From assembly GCA_034780895.1 (NCBI GenBank), contig JAUZTB010000027.1, positions 32,178,092-32,242,091 on the forward strand: DNA of 64,000 bases, written 5' to 3'. This DNA comes from Rhynchobatus australiae (Eukaryota). Positions 1 to 11,842 of the stretch are shown here, piece by piece. How positions within the stretch are numbered: position 1 is the first letter of the stretch; each line of letters begins with the position of its first letter. The notes below the pieces were generated by a model that was not told where the DNA came from, did not search any database, and saw nothing but the letters and a program-made list of their open reading frames with translations. A program made the translations under genes and the position numbers.

Positions 1-65
1 AAACATAAAGACATAAAAAATTACTCTAAGTTACAAAAATAAATAAATAGTGCAAAAATGGAATA
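1..65 (-). mobile_element. Fragment of Rex1/Babar-like LINE 3' UTR
   Basis: Reverse complement (cactatttatttatttttgtaac) closely matches the 3' UTR of the Rex1-like copy at ~60844-60870 (cactatttatttattttgtaat). Confidence 0.45.
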
Positions 66-2227
66 TAATATCAGCAAATGGAATAATTTTGGAATAAGTT
101 CAAAATATTATCAATTCAAAGATCCTTTGAAAGCCAGGGAACAATTGTGGTTGATGAATCTGAATGTCTTGTGGACTGTATGCCTGGCTGCCATTGGCCT
201 TCATGTGTTCTGGGCTGGTGACCCATCAAGACCTTCTTTTAATGACAATGAGGCTGATTATCCTGAACCTGGCCTGCTGCCTGTACGTGTTGACAGGTCC
301 CTGTCTGCCCACACAAGCTCTCGGGCCGCATCCAACGGACCTTTACGTGGAATGGACTCTGAGAGGCAAGCTGATCTCAGGTGTCACACCCCAAGGCCCA
401 GAATATCCTGTCAACCTTGGACAACTCATCAGCTGTCAAAAGCTGCAAAAGGGTCCTTGGCAGTTTTTAAATGTCAGCAATAATCAGAAATATTTAAAAA
501 TTATTTAAATAGATTTTTGTAATTTTAAAGATCATTAAAAATTAAACTTAAAATAAATTCAATTTAAAAACATTAAAAACTAACAGATAATTTAAATTAA
601 AATAAAGGCAAATAAATAAGCCAATTATCATATGCTCCTACTCCAGTCGTCCCGAGAGGCAAGCTGAGGGCCAGATGTGAAGTGCATCCGGACATCTTTA
701 GGGATGCACTTCTCCATGATGAGCCCATAAATGGCAATAGATGGTCAGATCTTTGGGAGGTCTCTGAACTTTTCATTTGGCCAGACGTGTGCAGAGATCT
801 GAGATTTCCTGCGGCATGAATAACTGATAGTTAACTGAATTCTTTGGAACAACCAGCTGCCAGCCACTGTGATTTGGCTCACTGAGTGGGCATTACCTGA
901 TGCTTACTGTTCAGTTTACCCCTCCGTTTATAAGGTTTCCTCTATTAACCCTGCAAAATGGTGACCTTTTTCTTCAAGAAAGCTTCTGTGTAAAACACAG
1001 AATAAATTGTCTGTTTGGTGAACTACAAACCACTTCAGAAATCTACTGTAACTTACTTCAGTGAACATTACATTGAAGCTTTGCGTTAGCAATAAACTGC
1101 ATTGTTACTGACTGCAAATTAAAAACTGAATTTTATTTCTCTAAACTTCAATTGACAAGAATTTCCATGATATTTGGGAGGACAACAGAAGAGGATTTCC
1201 AGAGCTGGAGGTCAGACTTTGTCACATCTATGCCCTTCTAAAAGTCACTATAAATTCTGATGGCAATGGATATTGGGGAAGTACACATGTTCCAAAGTGG
1301 TGGACAAGGTATTAAAGAGCTGAGTCATATTTGATTCAGTGAAAGTCTGTCTGCAGAATGGCTGGCCAGATCAGGAAGGGACTGTATGAATAGATTTCAG
1401 CTGCTCACAAAGGTAATTAAAGAGAGGAAATAGAGGTGTGGAGCATACGTATATCCAAATGAAGAAAAAAACATTGTAGATTCACTTCCTCTTGACCTGA
1501 CCGTCCACTCCATTCATTTGATAGTACACTGTAAAAGTATGCTTAAAGTGGGCAGTGTTTGATTAGGAACTTTCTTCTCATTGCAACTTGTTAATACAAA
1601 AATCTAACCAAAAATCAATGTATTTCAAAACACTAGACAGATTATCCCAAAATGCTCTTATGTTTCAAATAAGCACTACCTTTTCCTGCCTGTGCCACTC
1701 TGTATGTATCTAAAAACACACCGTAACCTAGAAACACACCATTCACGTGACAGGGCCATGGATGCCACTGGAGCTTTGGTGCTCTCTTGGGACCGTGGTC
1801 TCAGGTTTCTGAGTCCTTTGAGGATACTTCCACAAGCTGCATCACTCAGCACTGTAAGCAACATGGCCCAGTGTCTTGTCATCTTCGTAAGCAGGAGTCT
1901 GAGGGGACAGTAGAAAGCTTACAAGAATTTTTATCAAGAGGCAAAAAAGCATCAGGGAGATTCAGTCCAGCTTTGCACCTTGAATCTGATAGTTCAGTGA
2001 CAAGCAAAGAGGCGGACCTGATTAAAGACTGAACTTCCAGATCCTGAGAGGCGGTACCCCTGGAGCCACTTACTAATTTTGTGTCAAAAAAGTCCCCTAA
2101 GTACTCAAAGCTGATTTAGAAAGTACAAGATATAGTGACTTATGCACAGGCCCTATCTGTGAAGGGAAAGATGTAAATGTTTGCCTTGCTGCAGTTACTC
2201 TGTGCCAAATCTTCTTCAGATATTCTG

Positions 2228-2885
2228 ATAGGGCTGGGCTTTTCTCTTTGGAGAGGAGGAGGATGAGAGGTGACTTGATCGAGGTGTACAAGTTGATAAG
2301 AGGCATAGATCGAGTGGACAGTCATAGGGCTAGGCTTTTCTCTTTGGAGAGGAGGAGAATGAGAGGTGACTTGATCGAGGTGTACAAGATGATAAGAGGC
2401 ATAGATCGAGTGGACAGTCAGAAACTTTTTCCTAGGGTGACAATGGCTAACACAAGGGGACATAATTTTAAACCGATTGGAGGAAGATATAAAGGGGATG
2501 TCAGGGGTAAGTTTTTTTTTAACACAGAGAGTGGTGGGTGCGTGGAACGCACTGCCAGCAGAGGTTGTGGGGGTAGATACATTAGGGACNNNNNNNNNNN
2601 NNNNNNNNNNNNNNNNNNNNNNNNNNNNNNNNNNNNNNNNNNNNNNNNNNNNNNNNNNNNNNNNNNNNNNNNNNNNNNNNNNNNNNNNNACGCACTGCCA
2701 GCAGAGGTTGTGGGGGTAGATACATTAGGGACATTTAAGAGACTCTTAGATAGACACATGAATGATGGAGAAATGGGGTCTATGTGGGAGGGAAGGGTTA
2801 GGTAGATCTTAGAGCAGGATAAAATGACGGCACAACATTGTGGGCTGAAGGGCCTGTACTGTGCTGTATCTGTGCTGTTCTATAT
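2228..2885 (+). mobile_element. 5'-truncated CR1 (HER1-like) LINE, ORF2 C-terminus and 3' tail
   Basis: Translation LFSLERRRMRGDLIEVYKMIRGIDRVDSQKLFPRV..TRGHNFK..FFxTQRVVGAWNALP is the typical CR1 ORF2 end. Tail ggcacaacattgtgggctgaagggcctgtactgtgctgt. Includes a 96-bp tandem duplication and an N gap. Confidence 0.93.
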
Positions 2886-3626
2886 TTGTACAGAGGATGC
2901 CCTGGAGTTCCACTGAGATCCTCCAATCTGACCTAATTAGTTCAGCATTGCCTCCACTGTTTCTGTGTGAAGGTGATGGCGTTTAGCTTCCATGGGCTGA
3001 AATCCAGGATCGGCTGAATACAGGGGCAAAGTTTGTAGTGCCACAGGATAATATTGGAAACATTCTGATCCACACTGTTGGATCCATTTGCCTCTCTAGT
3101 GCATTGAGGAAGAACATTGATCAGAACCAACTGCATTCTAATGGGTGGAGCTTTGCTAAGATTGTAAATGAGAGTGAAAAAAAATGAATGATTGCATGGG
3201 ATGGTAGAGCTCATGGTTCATTATTTTAAGCTCAGAGTTCAGAAGCATACTTATCCAAGATGATTTCAGTGGCGTCATTGGAGACCCTCAAAGGAGTACA
3301 ATGAAGAGTCCCATTTTGTGTGAAAACAAAGGTTAACCTTCCACTCACTGAGCTAGAAGGGGCAACGACCTGTTCTTTACATTTCCATTATGATGCTCCT
3401 TACCATTATCCACCACAATGTGGGGAAATAATAAACAGTTACACTCAGGAAACTAGGTCAGAATATATGCTCTAAATAGCCCCATTGGAGAAGAATTTGT
3501 TTTATAAATAAATCGAAACTTTTGAATGGCTGTGTTAAGGAATTGAATTCTTGGAGACGTCAGAAGGAGAAGGTTGAAAGTAAACATGGCTCTATTATTT
3601 TACAGTTGAAGAAGTACATCAGCTTT

Positions 3627-4160
3627 ATCATTTTCCTCCCTGTTTCCAAATGCTCCCATGGTCTCGCCCTTCCCTTTCTCTTCCAGCACTCGAACCCTAC
3701 AAGCTTCATATGCTGCTTCAGTTCAGGTCTCGTGAGCTTCCTTGTGTTTAATTGCCCCACTGTTGGTATCCTTCACCTCCAGCTACCCTCTCAAAACCTC
3801 ATCACTGCTTTACCTCTCACCTTTACAATGCTTTGAAAAATCCACCTCTTTGGCTAAGCTTTTGGTTAACTGCCCAATATCACTGGCAAACTGGCAAATT
3901 CACTGGGGGCTTTTAAGAGGGGCTTGGATGGGCATATGAATGAGAGGAAAATAGAGGGATATGGGCATTCTGTAGGTAGGAGGGATTAGCTGTGTGGCAC
4001 AACATTGTGGGCCGAAGAGCCTATTCTGTGCTATGTTGTTCTTTGTTCTATATTCTATCACCTTAAGTCACTTGGTACCAATTTTTTGTTTGATAACTGT
4101 TCTGTGAAGTGTGCTTCTGCTTGATTAAAAGCACATCATAAATCTCAGTTGTTGCTGTTG
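3627..4160 (+). mobile_element. Old L2-like LINE 3' end, interrupted by a CR1 tail
   Basis: Pyrimidine-rich body, ...cacctctttggctaagcttttggt, and terminal ctgtgaag...ttaaaagcacatcataaat..gttgttgctgttg. Similar copies at 41665 and 43480. Confidence 0.6.
3905..4057 (+). mobile_element. CR1 3' terminal fragment
   Basis: tttaagagg..tggatgggcatatgaat..gagggatatgg..ggcacaacattgtgggccgaagagcc..gttcta tail, the same tail as the 2228 copy. Candidate TSD tatcac at 3878-3883 and 4056-4061. Confidence 0.85.
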
Positions 4161-4351
4161 TAGAAGATGGACTATTGGCCAATCACCTGCCCTTGAAACT
4201 CTTCCTTAATCTGAGTTCCATTACCAGAACCTGTTCCATCACAAAACAGGCTCTCAGCTGCTCATAGCCTTTCTCAGCATAAATGGCAGGGCCTACCTGC
4301 ATGGGAATCGTTTGGCAGCTGGTTAAGCCATGCCACCAGGTTCGTGAATAT

Positions 4352-4478
4352 AAAAAGAAACACAGCAGATTCTGGAAATCTAAAATAAAAACAGGAAAGG
4401 CCACAGCTGTGGGAGGAAAAACAGAGTTGTCATTTCAGGTTGAAGACCCTTCACCTCAGCATTTTCTGTTTTTATTTT
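4352..4478. mobile_element. Short fold-back Penelope-like terminal relic
   Basis: Left arm gcagattctggaaatctaaaataaaaacaggaaag and inverted right arm cagcattttctgtttttattt flank a decayed hammerhead-like centre (tttcaggttgaagacccttca). Confidence 0.6.
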
Positions 4479-4801
4479 ACACCACGAGGTTCATTGGCTG
4501 TCAGAGTAGTCAAGGATATTGATTGTTTGGGAATGTCTCTGCCATTCAAACACGATTAAAAATACAATTACTAATCAAAGGTACTATTAAGTATATTTAC
4601 AACTTTTTTTTAGAAAACAAAATATTATAATACAGTATAATACAGGATAACAAATGAAATGCATTTAATTTGAATCAATCTAATTAAATAAAATGAATAA
4701 GGGCAGAAATGAAAGTAGGGATTTACAAGACTTAATCAGAATGTCCGTTATGTTGTACCATACATATTAATAATAAGTTCAAAAAAATCATTATTATAGT
4801 A

Positions 4802-5225
4802 GGGTCACTGGTGGCTTATTCTGTAGCACTCATGGTCTTTGATCCAAAATATTATGTGTTCAAGTTTAACTTAAGGAATAAAACTTGTACCTCAGTAACA
4901 CTTCACCTGCAGGACTGAAGGAGTGCTGCACTATTGAGGGTGCCGTCTGTTAGATGGGATTTTAAACTGAAGTCTCATCTGTCCCCTTTCAATTGCGTGC
5001 ACAAGATCTTATGGGACTACTTCAGAGAGGAGCATGTGAGGTATTGTGGTGTCCTGGCCAACATTCATCTGTTACCCAATCCCATATGAAGAGAGCAACT
5101 GGTCATCATTGCATAATCACATGGCTCTTTCTGGGAACGTGTTGTGCACAAAATATCTGCTATGTTCCTTTTGAAAACAAGTGCAACTGCATTCCCAAAG
5201 TACTTCGTTGGATGAAAAATATTTA
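4802..5225 (+). mobile_element. SacSINE1/DeuSINE-like SINE
   Basis: Deu-domain-like gactgaaggagtgctgcactattgagggtgccgtctgttagatgggattttaaactgaagtctcatctg...gtgtcctggccaacatt. Confidence 0.75.
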
Positions 5226-8200
5226 GTAATGACTGAAGAACATGAAAGTCACTGTTTACATTAATCTTTCTTTTAGCAGGTACAATTGTCATCCTGCTGT
5301 TACCACAGCATAACAACATTAAATCAAAAGCTTTTAACAGGATAGGTAATTATCTGTGTGGTTCAAAAAAGGGCCACAGTTGCTCTCTGAGCATGAACAT
5401 TGCCATAATTTGTGAATATTCTGTTTCAACCAACAGTCATTATAAAGGCAGTAATGAGGCTCCTTTGATAGTGAGGAGAGTAGAACAGTGCAAAGAAAAT
5501 ACACTTTTACAGATAGTGATTTTTCAATAAATTTTAACATTTCTGGTATCTATTACCTAAAACATGCCAACAGAATCATTTATCAATATTGTACACTGTC
5601 AGTTTAATTACTGTTATTATAAAATACCTCCATGAATTCAGTCCTATGATCTTTAATAATGACTATCTACTAAACCTACTGCTGATTCATAACTGTCAGA
5701 AGCCAGTTCTGCCCACTGAGGTGAACAAAGTAAGCATAATTTTCAATAAAAGGGCAAACAATTTTATGTGGATCAGTTATTAAATAAATCATTACAGAAT
5801 TTATGGTCTGCATAAACTGATAATGATGAACACATTCTATACATGAAAACTAATATGGTGTTCTTGATAATTGCCAATTGTGAATAATATGTAAGTTTTA
5901 TATACAGCTAAGGTTAATAGTGCTTAGTGGTTCCAAGGCTGATGTAAGTAAAGGAGTCCTGTGTCTTTTACCACACTTCTAGCCTCATATTTGACAAAAT
6001 CAGATATACCATAGGACTTCCTGAACATTCACAGTAAAGGTAGCCTGTGGATATCCAGCGATGAAATTGTATTGTATTGTCATCATCAAGTATAAAAGGC
6101 CCATGAAAATGGCACAGGAATCATCATATCGAAGGCATCTCTTGGTGAATCAGAAAATAGACTAAGCAGAATGTAAAACATAAAGCATGCTTCTTATAGA
6201 TTGGGTACAGAGAGCAGATGAAGAAGATAAATAAAATTTTGAAGGCTTTCATAATTTGGAAGATGCTTATTACTAGTGAATGTTAACTTAGATACTTCTT
6301 AATAGTTGGAATTTAATGTGCCTGTAATTGTTGACTCATTTTTTGCACTGATATCAATAACGTCCACGTTTATATTTTCAGACTAGCATTGCCACTAAAG
6401 TGAGAACCTTTGGTGCTTCAGAGTGTCACTCCTGAAGTAAAATCCCAGTGTTCCAGAATGTGTGGTCAGCAGTTCCCTGTTGTGGGTCCCTTGTCAGTTG
6501 TGGCATAGGGCATGCTTCAAAANNNNNNNNNNNNNNNNNNNNNNNNNNNNNNNNNNNNNNNNNNNNNNNNNNNNNNNNNNNNNNNNNNNNNNNNNNNNNN
6601 NNNNNNNNNNNNNNNNNNNNNNNNNNNNNNNNNNNNNNNNNNNNNNNNNNNNNNNNNNNNNNNNNNNNNNNNNNNNNNNNNNNNNNNNNNNNNNNNNNNN
6701 NNNNNNNNNNNNNNNNNNNNNNNNNNNNNNNNNNNNNNNNNNNNNNNNNNNNNNNNNNNNNNNNNNNNNNNNNNNNNNNNNNNNNNNNNNNNNNNNNNNN
6801 NNNNNNNNNNNNNNNNNNNNNNNNNNNNNNNNNNNNNNNNNNNNNNNNNNNNNNNNNNNNNNNNNNNNNNNNNNNNNNNNNNNNNNNNNNNNNNNNNNNN
6901 NNNNNNNNNNNNNNNNNNNNNNNNNNNNNNNNNNNNNNNNNNNNNNNNNNNNNNNNNNNNNNNNNNNNNNNNNNNNNNNNNNNNNNNNNNNNNNNNNNNN
7001 NNNNNNNNNNNNNNNNNNNNNNNNNNNNNNNNNNNNNNNNNNNNNNNNNNNNNNNNNNNNNNNNNNNNNNNNNNNNNNNNGGCTGCTTTGTGGACAAACA
7101 CAATTGCTACATTTTTATAAAAAGGGCTCTCTCATTCTAGCAAGAGGACAATTGCTATTTGGCCGACTTGCTTAGTAGTAAATCTAGCTTTTCATTGGAA
7201 CTGGTGTGCCACACTGACCCTAATCATGAATCCACTCAGTGTTACCCCCTCTCTCCTTCCCTCAGAAACACATTGAGCAGTGAGCCAGGCCTATCCACTA
7301 ATGCTGGTTAGAAAGTGACCACCTGCTACAGAAGCAATAATCTAAATGCAGGTGCAAAAGTTTCCTTATGCTGTCAAATTATACTGCAATCTTCTGTTTT
7401 ATGCAGCATATTTTATGATGCTTTACCATCTGTGGTAATAGCTTACTGTGATTATTTACATATATAAGAATCCACATCCATCTGCCAGGTACAACTGTCC
7501 CATAATGGGCTAACCCATTTTTCACAGTAAAACAACTTGCTTACTTACAATCTGGAAACAGAATCAAATGACTGATGACTTGCACACTGAACATTCATAA
7601 CTTACCACCTTAACTGCATGGATTGGAAGGACAGGTAGCACTTTTAAACAAAGAATGCTTGCAAAATCATCTCTACTAAAAGTATTATTTTATACTTTGC
7701 ATTTAAAGCACGTCATTATTGGTAAATACAGTGCAAAGTATTCGATTGTCGTTATTGTGAGAAAATGAATGACTTAGACTTAAAATATTATTATTTTGTA
7801 GTGTCTATAAATGTTAAAGTCCCTTATGAATATATATGGACTAATATTGTATTCATATTCACGGGGAGAAGAAAAATAAATATTTTATTCAGCTACTTCA
7901 CAGCAATTGAGTTCAGTCACTGACATAAAACTCCAAGACAAAAGATAGGAGTCAAATCCTCATTTAGGTCCAGCTGCCTGAATTTATGTCTATTTATTGA
8001 AATGAGAAGTGCATTCTAAGAGGTTACATTTGGTCTACTTATTGTGATTGAGCATGAAATGTCTGTCCCGCTTGTCTCAAAATTCCATAGTAACTGTACC
8101 ATATAAACATTTTAAATGACTGGTGCTATATTAGTTAAAAGCAGTAAAAGCACAGCCTCAACAGTTAACTGCAATGTAAATCACTGAAACTGTAGTTGAA

Positions 8201-9670
8201 AAGGAACCAGAAACAAAACTCTAAGATTGCAGGACACTGATAGGCGCTATACTTGAGTGTGCATTAATTTTCTGCTAAGAATGAATATTTTAATTGAATG
8301 ATACACAACTGGTCTATCATCAGCTTCCCAGTGCTGATGAGAGACCAGTTCACCATCACAAAACGATTAAAAAAAATACAACTGTTGTCTCAATGTTTCC
8401 TCACTTGCCTGGTGTGTCACAAAGTGACATCACCTGACCATATAGTGCCTTCTTTATATGAAGACATCTCTTTTTCTTTATTGTGCAGAAGCCCACCTTT
8501 AACAAGAGGCAGCTTGAGAGACACCATTTCTATGTGCAGGGATAATTTGCACAAATGGAATACCAGAAATGTAGCTCTCCAACATTATACATATTTTCCA
8601 TCTCAAAATATTTGGTCTTGATCACAACATTTTGATGTTTTTGTCATACTATACTGGATTAATAATAAAGGATAAACAAATGTGACTAATATACCTCTTT
8701 TGCATGATTTTTAGAATACCTTAGTATTACTAGCTGATGTAATTGGAGGAGAACAAGTGCAATGCTTTTACAACTGTGGACTTTGCTCCATAGTTGAGCA
8801 CAAGCACATCATAAATAGAAAGTGTCCTTTTTGCTGTTAATAATATATAAATACTATATTTATCTTCCAAATAAAAATAAAAAAAATAAATATGTAGTTG
8901 TTTCACAGGAGAGAGGAAAACACCCCACTAAATGTATTATTAATCTATGCTTTATTCACTATCAAGCGTCTTACACCCTATAATTTTTCACAGCATTGTG
9001 ACTGAACAGTAAATATTCTAACCACTGGATCTTTACTGATAGAGAAAATAAAAACATCACACTTCCCAAATTCCACTCCTCATCATTCCTTCCTGATATT
9101 GTCTAACAAACACATAGAATGTGATGTTGAAAGGTAAACTTAAAAGGTATGCAAGGTATTTGTATCAATATTGTTGTACACCCTGTGCAAATAATTGCTT
9201 TTTATACCCCAGTGTTGGACAGTTATTGAAATGTTTTTCTGAAGTAACATTATTACTCTTCATCACTAATGTCCTTAAAATGGTAGCCTTACCATCCCAT
9301 TAACACTGACATAGAAACTGATGGAATTTTGCATGGGGTCAGTTATCCATCCCCATAAAGCATGTATCTGACTCAAACAGTGGGCTCCTTCTAACTTATA
9401 AATAGAGGTCTTAGGACACAAACTGGCAGTCTGGGTTGAAGTGTGTACTCTGCACGCTCCCACAATGGTAACAGAAGGGCAGCTAACATTGGAATCAAAA
9501 GTGAGGTTGCTTTGTCACCACAGGAGCTGGTATTCATCTGATACATTCAGTCAGGTGCCTGAAAGTCAAAGATATCCTCATGATCATTTGTTTCAACCTT
9601 TGTCATTAGTGCATGTCATTTCCCCACAGTTCAGATGCACGTGTTAAAAGGAGAGAACATTTAATAAGGT

Positions 9671-9991
9671 TCACTGCAGGAAATGCCCTTCAGCCCACAG
9701 AGTCTATGCTATCAATCACTCATTTACATTAATCCTACATTAATCCCATTTTTGTTTATTCTCCCCACATTTTCAAGGACTACCCCATATTCTACCACTA
9801 GTCTACATACCAGGGGCAATTTACAGTGGGCAAATCAACTGCCAGCCTGCATGTCTTTGGGATATGGGAAGAGACCTGAAGACCCAGGGAAAATGTGCAA
9901 ACTCCACACAGATAGCACCCGAAGACACGATTGGACCCAGGTGTCTAGCACTGTGAAGCAACAGCTCTACAAGTGCACCACTGTGCCACCC
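9671..9991 (-). mobile_element. HE1-like V-SINE
   Basis: On the minus strand: tRNA-like head (ggtggcacagtgg..), V-domain (gtgtggagtttgcacatttt..), CR1-type tail (tgggctgaagggc). Confidence 0.85.
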
Positions 9992-10035
9992 ATATGTTTG
10001 CAGTATTTGGATACACTAAAATAAAACTGAAATAC

Positions 10036-10590
10036 AAATAACTCTCATTTATGGAGCTTTTCTCACATCCTCGGGATGTCCCAAAGCAGTTTACAGAACA
10101 CACATTACTTTCGAAATGGAGACATTAATAATTGATAATGGAGGCATGGGAGCCAACACATGTACCAAAGATCCCACAAGTAGTAATTAAATATATTACC
10201 AGCTAATTGCTTAGAAATTCACTCCAGGTAATAGTGTTAAATATGCTCTATAGGACCATTAGCAAGTTGTAATCAGAAATTAAGCTGCATTGCACAGCTT
10301 TATTTAGTGCTACTGGCTGGAGTGAATTTCTAGGCAATTTGTTTTGGTGGAGTTGGCTGAGTGATGAACAGTGGGCAGACACAGGGACAATTCCAGTGCT
10401 TGTCTTTGAAATGGTTCATGGGATCACTTATATTCTACTGAACAGACAGACAATGTCTTAGTTTAGTTTTTCATCTGAAGGACATTATCTCTGAAAATGC
10501 ATTACTACTTGAGTACAGCATTAATCTGTCAGTCAAGGTTACGTGCTCAAGACCTGGAATGACAATTTTCTGACTCCTATGCGAGACCAT
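10036..10590 (-). mobile_element. SacSINE1/DeuSINE-like SINE
   Basis: Reverse-strand Deu domain (catgggatc..., tcatctgaaggac..) and L2-type tail (acatcctcgggatgtcccaaagc). Confidence 0.65.
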
Positions 10591-11635
10591 TGGCATTGAA
10601 TCAAAGTACTGCTAAAGAGAGAGGTCAGATCTCGGCGATGACAGAGATGTTATTTGCCTTAACCTGGCATTGAGCAATGTTAATGTGCAAATATGGATGA
10701 ATGATTAAACCATTGAGTTTGAAAATATTTGCCTGTTAATGACTTTTCAGATTAAATCAATGAGTTGCAGATTTATTTGTTGTCTTTTCAGGATGTACTC
10801 AGTATTCAGAGATATCCACAGGTTTATGCCTAGAAATTGCATTCACCCTTTTCTAGTGAGCTGCATTATAGCGCAGAAACTCATTCAGTTCCACACAAAG
10901 AATCATGAAATTAACTAAAATGATATTAGAATCAGCACTGTGTGGTTTACACCTAGAGCAACGCACCAAAATGGGACCATTATAGAGCATTGAACTCAAA
11001 CTGTTCAATTTATGTCAGTAAGGGCAGAGATGGGTATGGTACCAATTGTGATATCATTGGAGATGCACCTAGTGCCGGTTAAACATCAAATGCTCAAAGG
11101 TGAATTAAACAGTGAAGGGCTCAGTTCAATTTCCTATGGGTGCTGTTTTGCCATAGTGAAATGATCACCATAGTGAAACCTTGCATTAACCCACTTTATA
11201 TGACCATAAGAAAGAGGGGAGTGGGGTGCAGGAAATTAATTCTCTTTGCACTTTGATTTTTTTTTCTCTCTTTTTGATTTTTTCTAAAACTGAATGTGAT
11301 TGAATGATGTTACCCTTCCTGATACAGGCCTCCTCACTTCAAACACAAAGTTTTCCATAGATTAAATCGGACAAGTAAAAGATTAATTGAAACTCCTAAT
11401 TTCATATGTGCTTGAGAACTCACTCTGTTACTTTGATATGAGCCCTCTTCAAATGGTTATTTAGAATCTTTAGAATTCTAATTTTAGTCATAATCGAGAG
11501 TGTGAAACATATACTTTANNNNNNNNNNAAATTGCACCTGAGTGGCTCAGACTCAAACCATCTTAACTTAATCACAAACAAAACTAGAAAACAGAATGAT
11601 CAAGATAACAGAAAGATAATCCCAGTGTAAAGTAA

Positions 11636-11842
11636 CACACAAAGCGCTAGAGGAACTCAGCAGGTAGAGCAGCATCTATGGAGGGAAATGGACATATAAC
11701 CTTTCAGGTCGAGACCTTTCATCTGGACTGAAAAATAGAGGGGAGATAGCCAGTATAAAAAGATGGAGGAAAGGGGTGGAGCAAGAGCTTGCAGGTGATA
11801 TGTGCACCCGGGGGAGGGGGAGGGTGATAGATAGATGAGGGG
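11636..11842 (-). mobile_element. Penelope-like element terminal repeat with decayed hammerhead motif
   Basis: Minus strand reads cagtc-cagatga-a-aggtctcgacct-gaaa-ggtt...catagatgctgctctacctgctgagttcctctagc. Truncated by an N gap. Confidence 0.7.

Noticed and set aside
58-508. Overlapping 141-aa and 114-aa ORFs
   Set aside because: No recognisable domain or supporting gene structure. Probably an unclassified old repeat
2548-2732. 42-bp direct repeat on both sides of a 100-N gap
   Set aside because: Identical overlap around a placeholder gap, most likely unmerged contig ends
6426-7175. Long ORFs of 190-260 aa (also 24067-24843 and others)
   Set aside because: They only read through N runs
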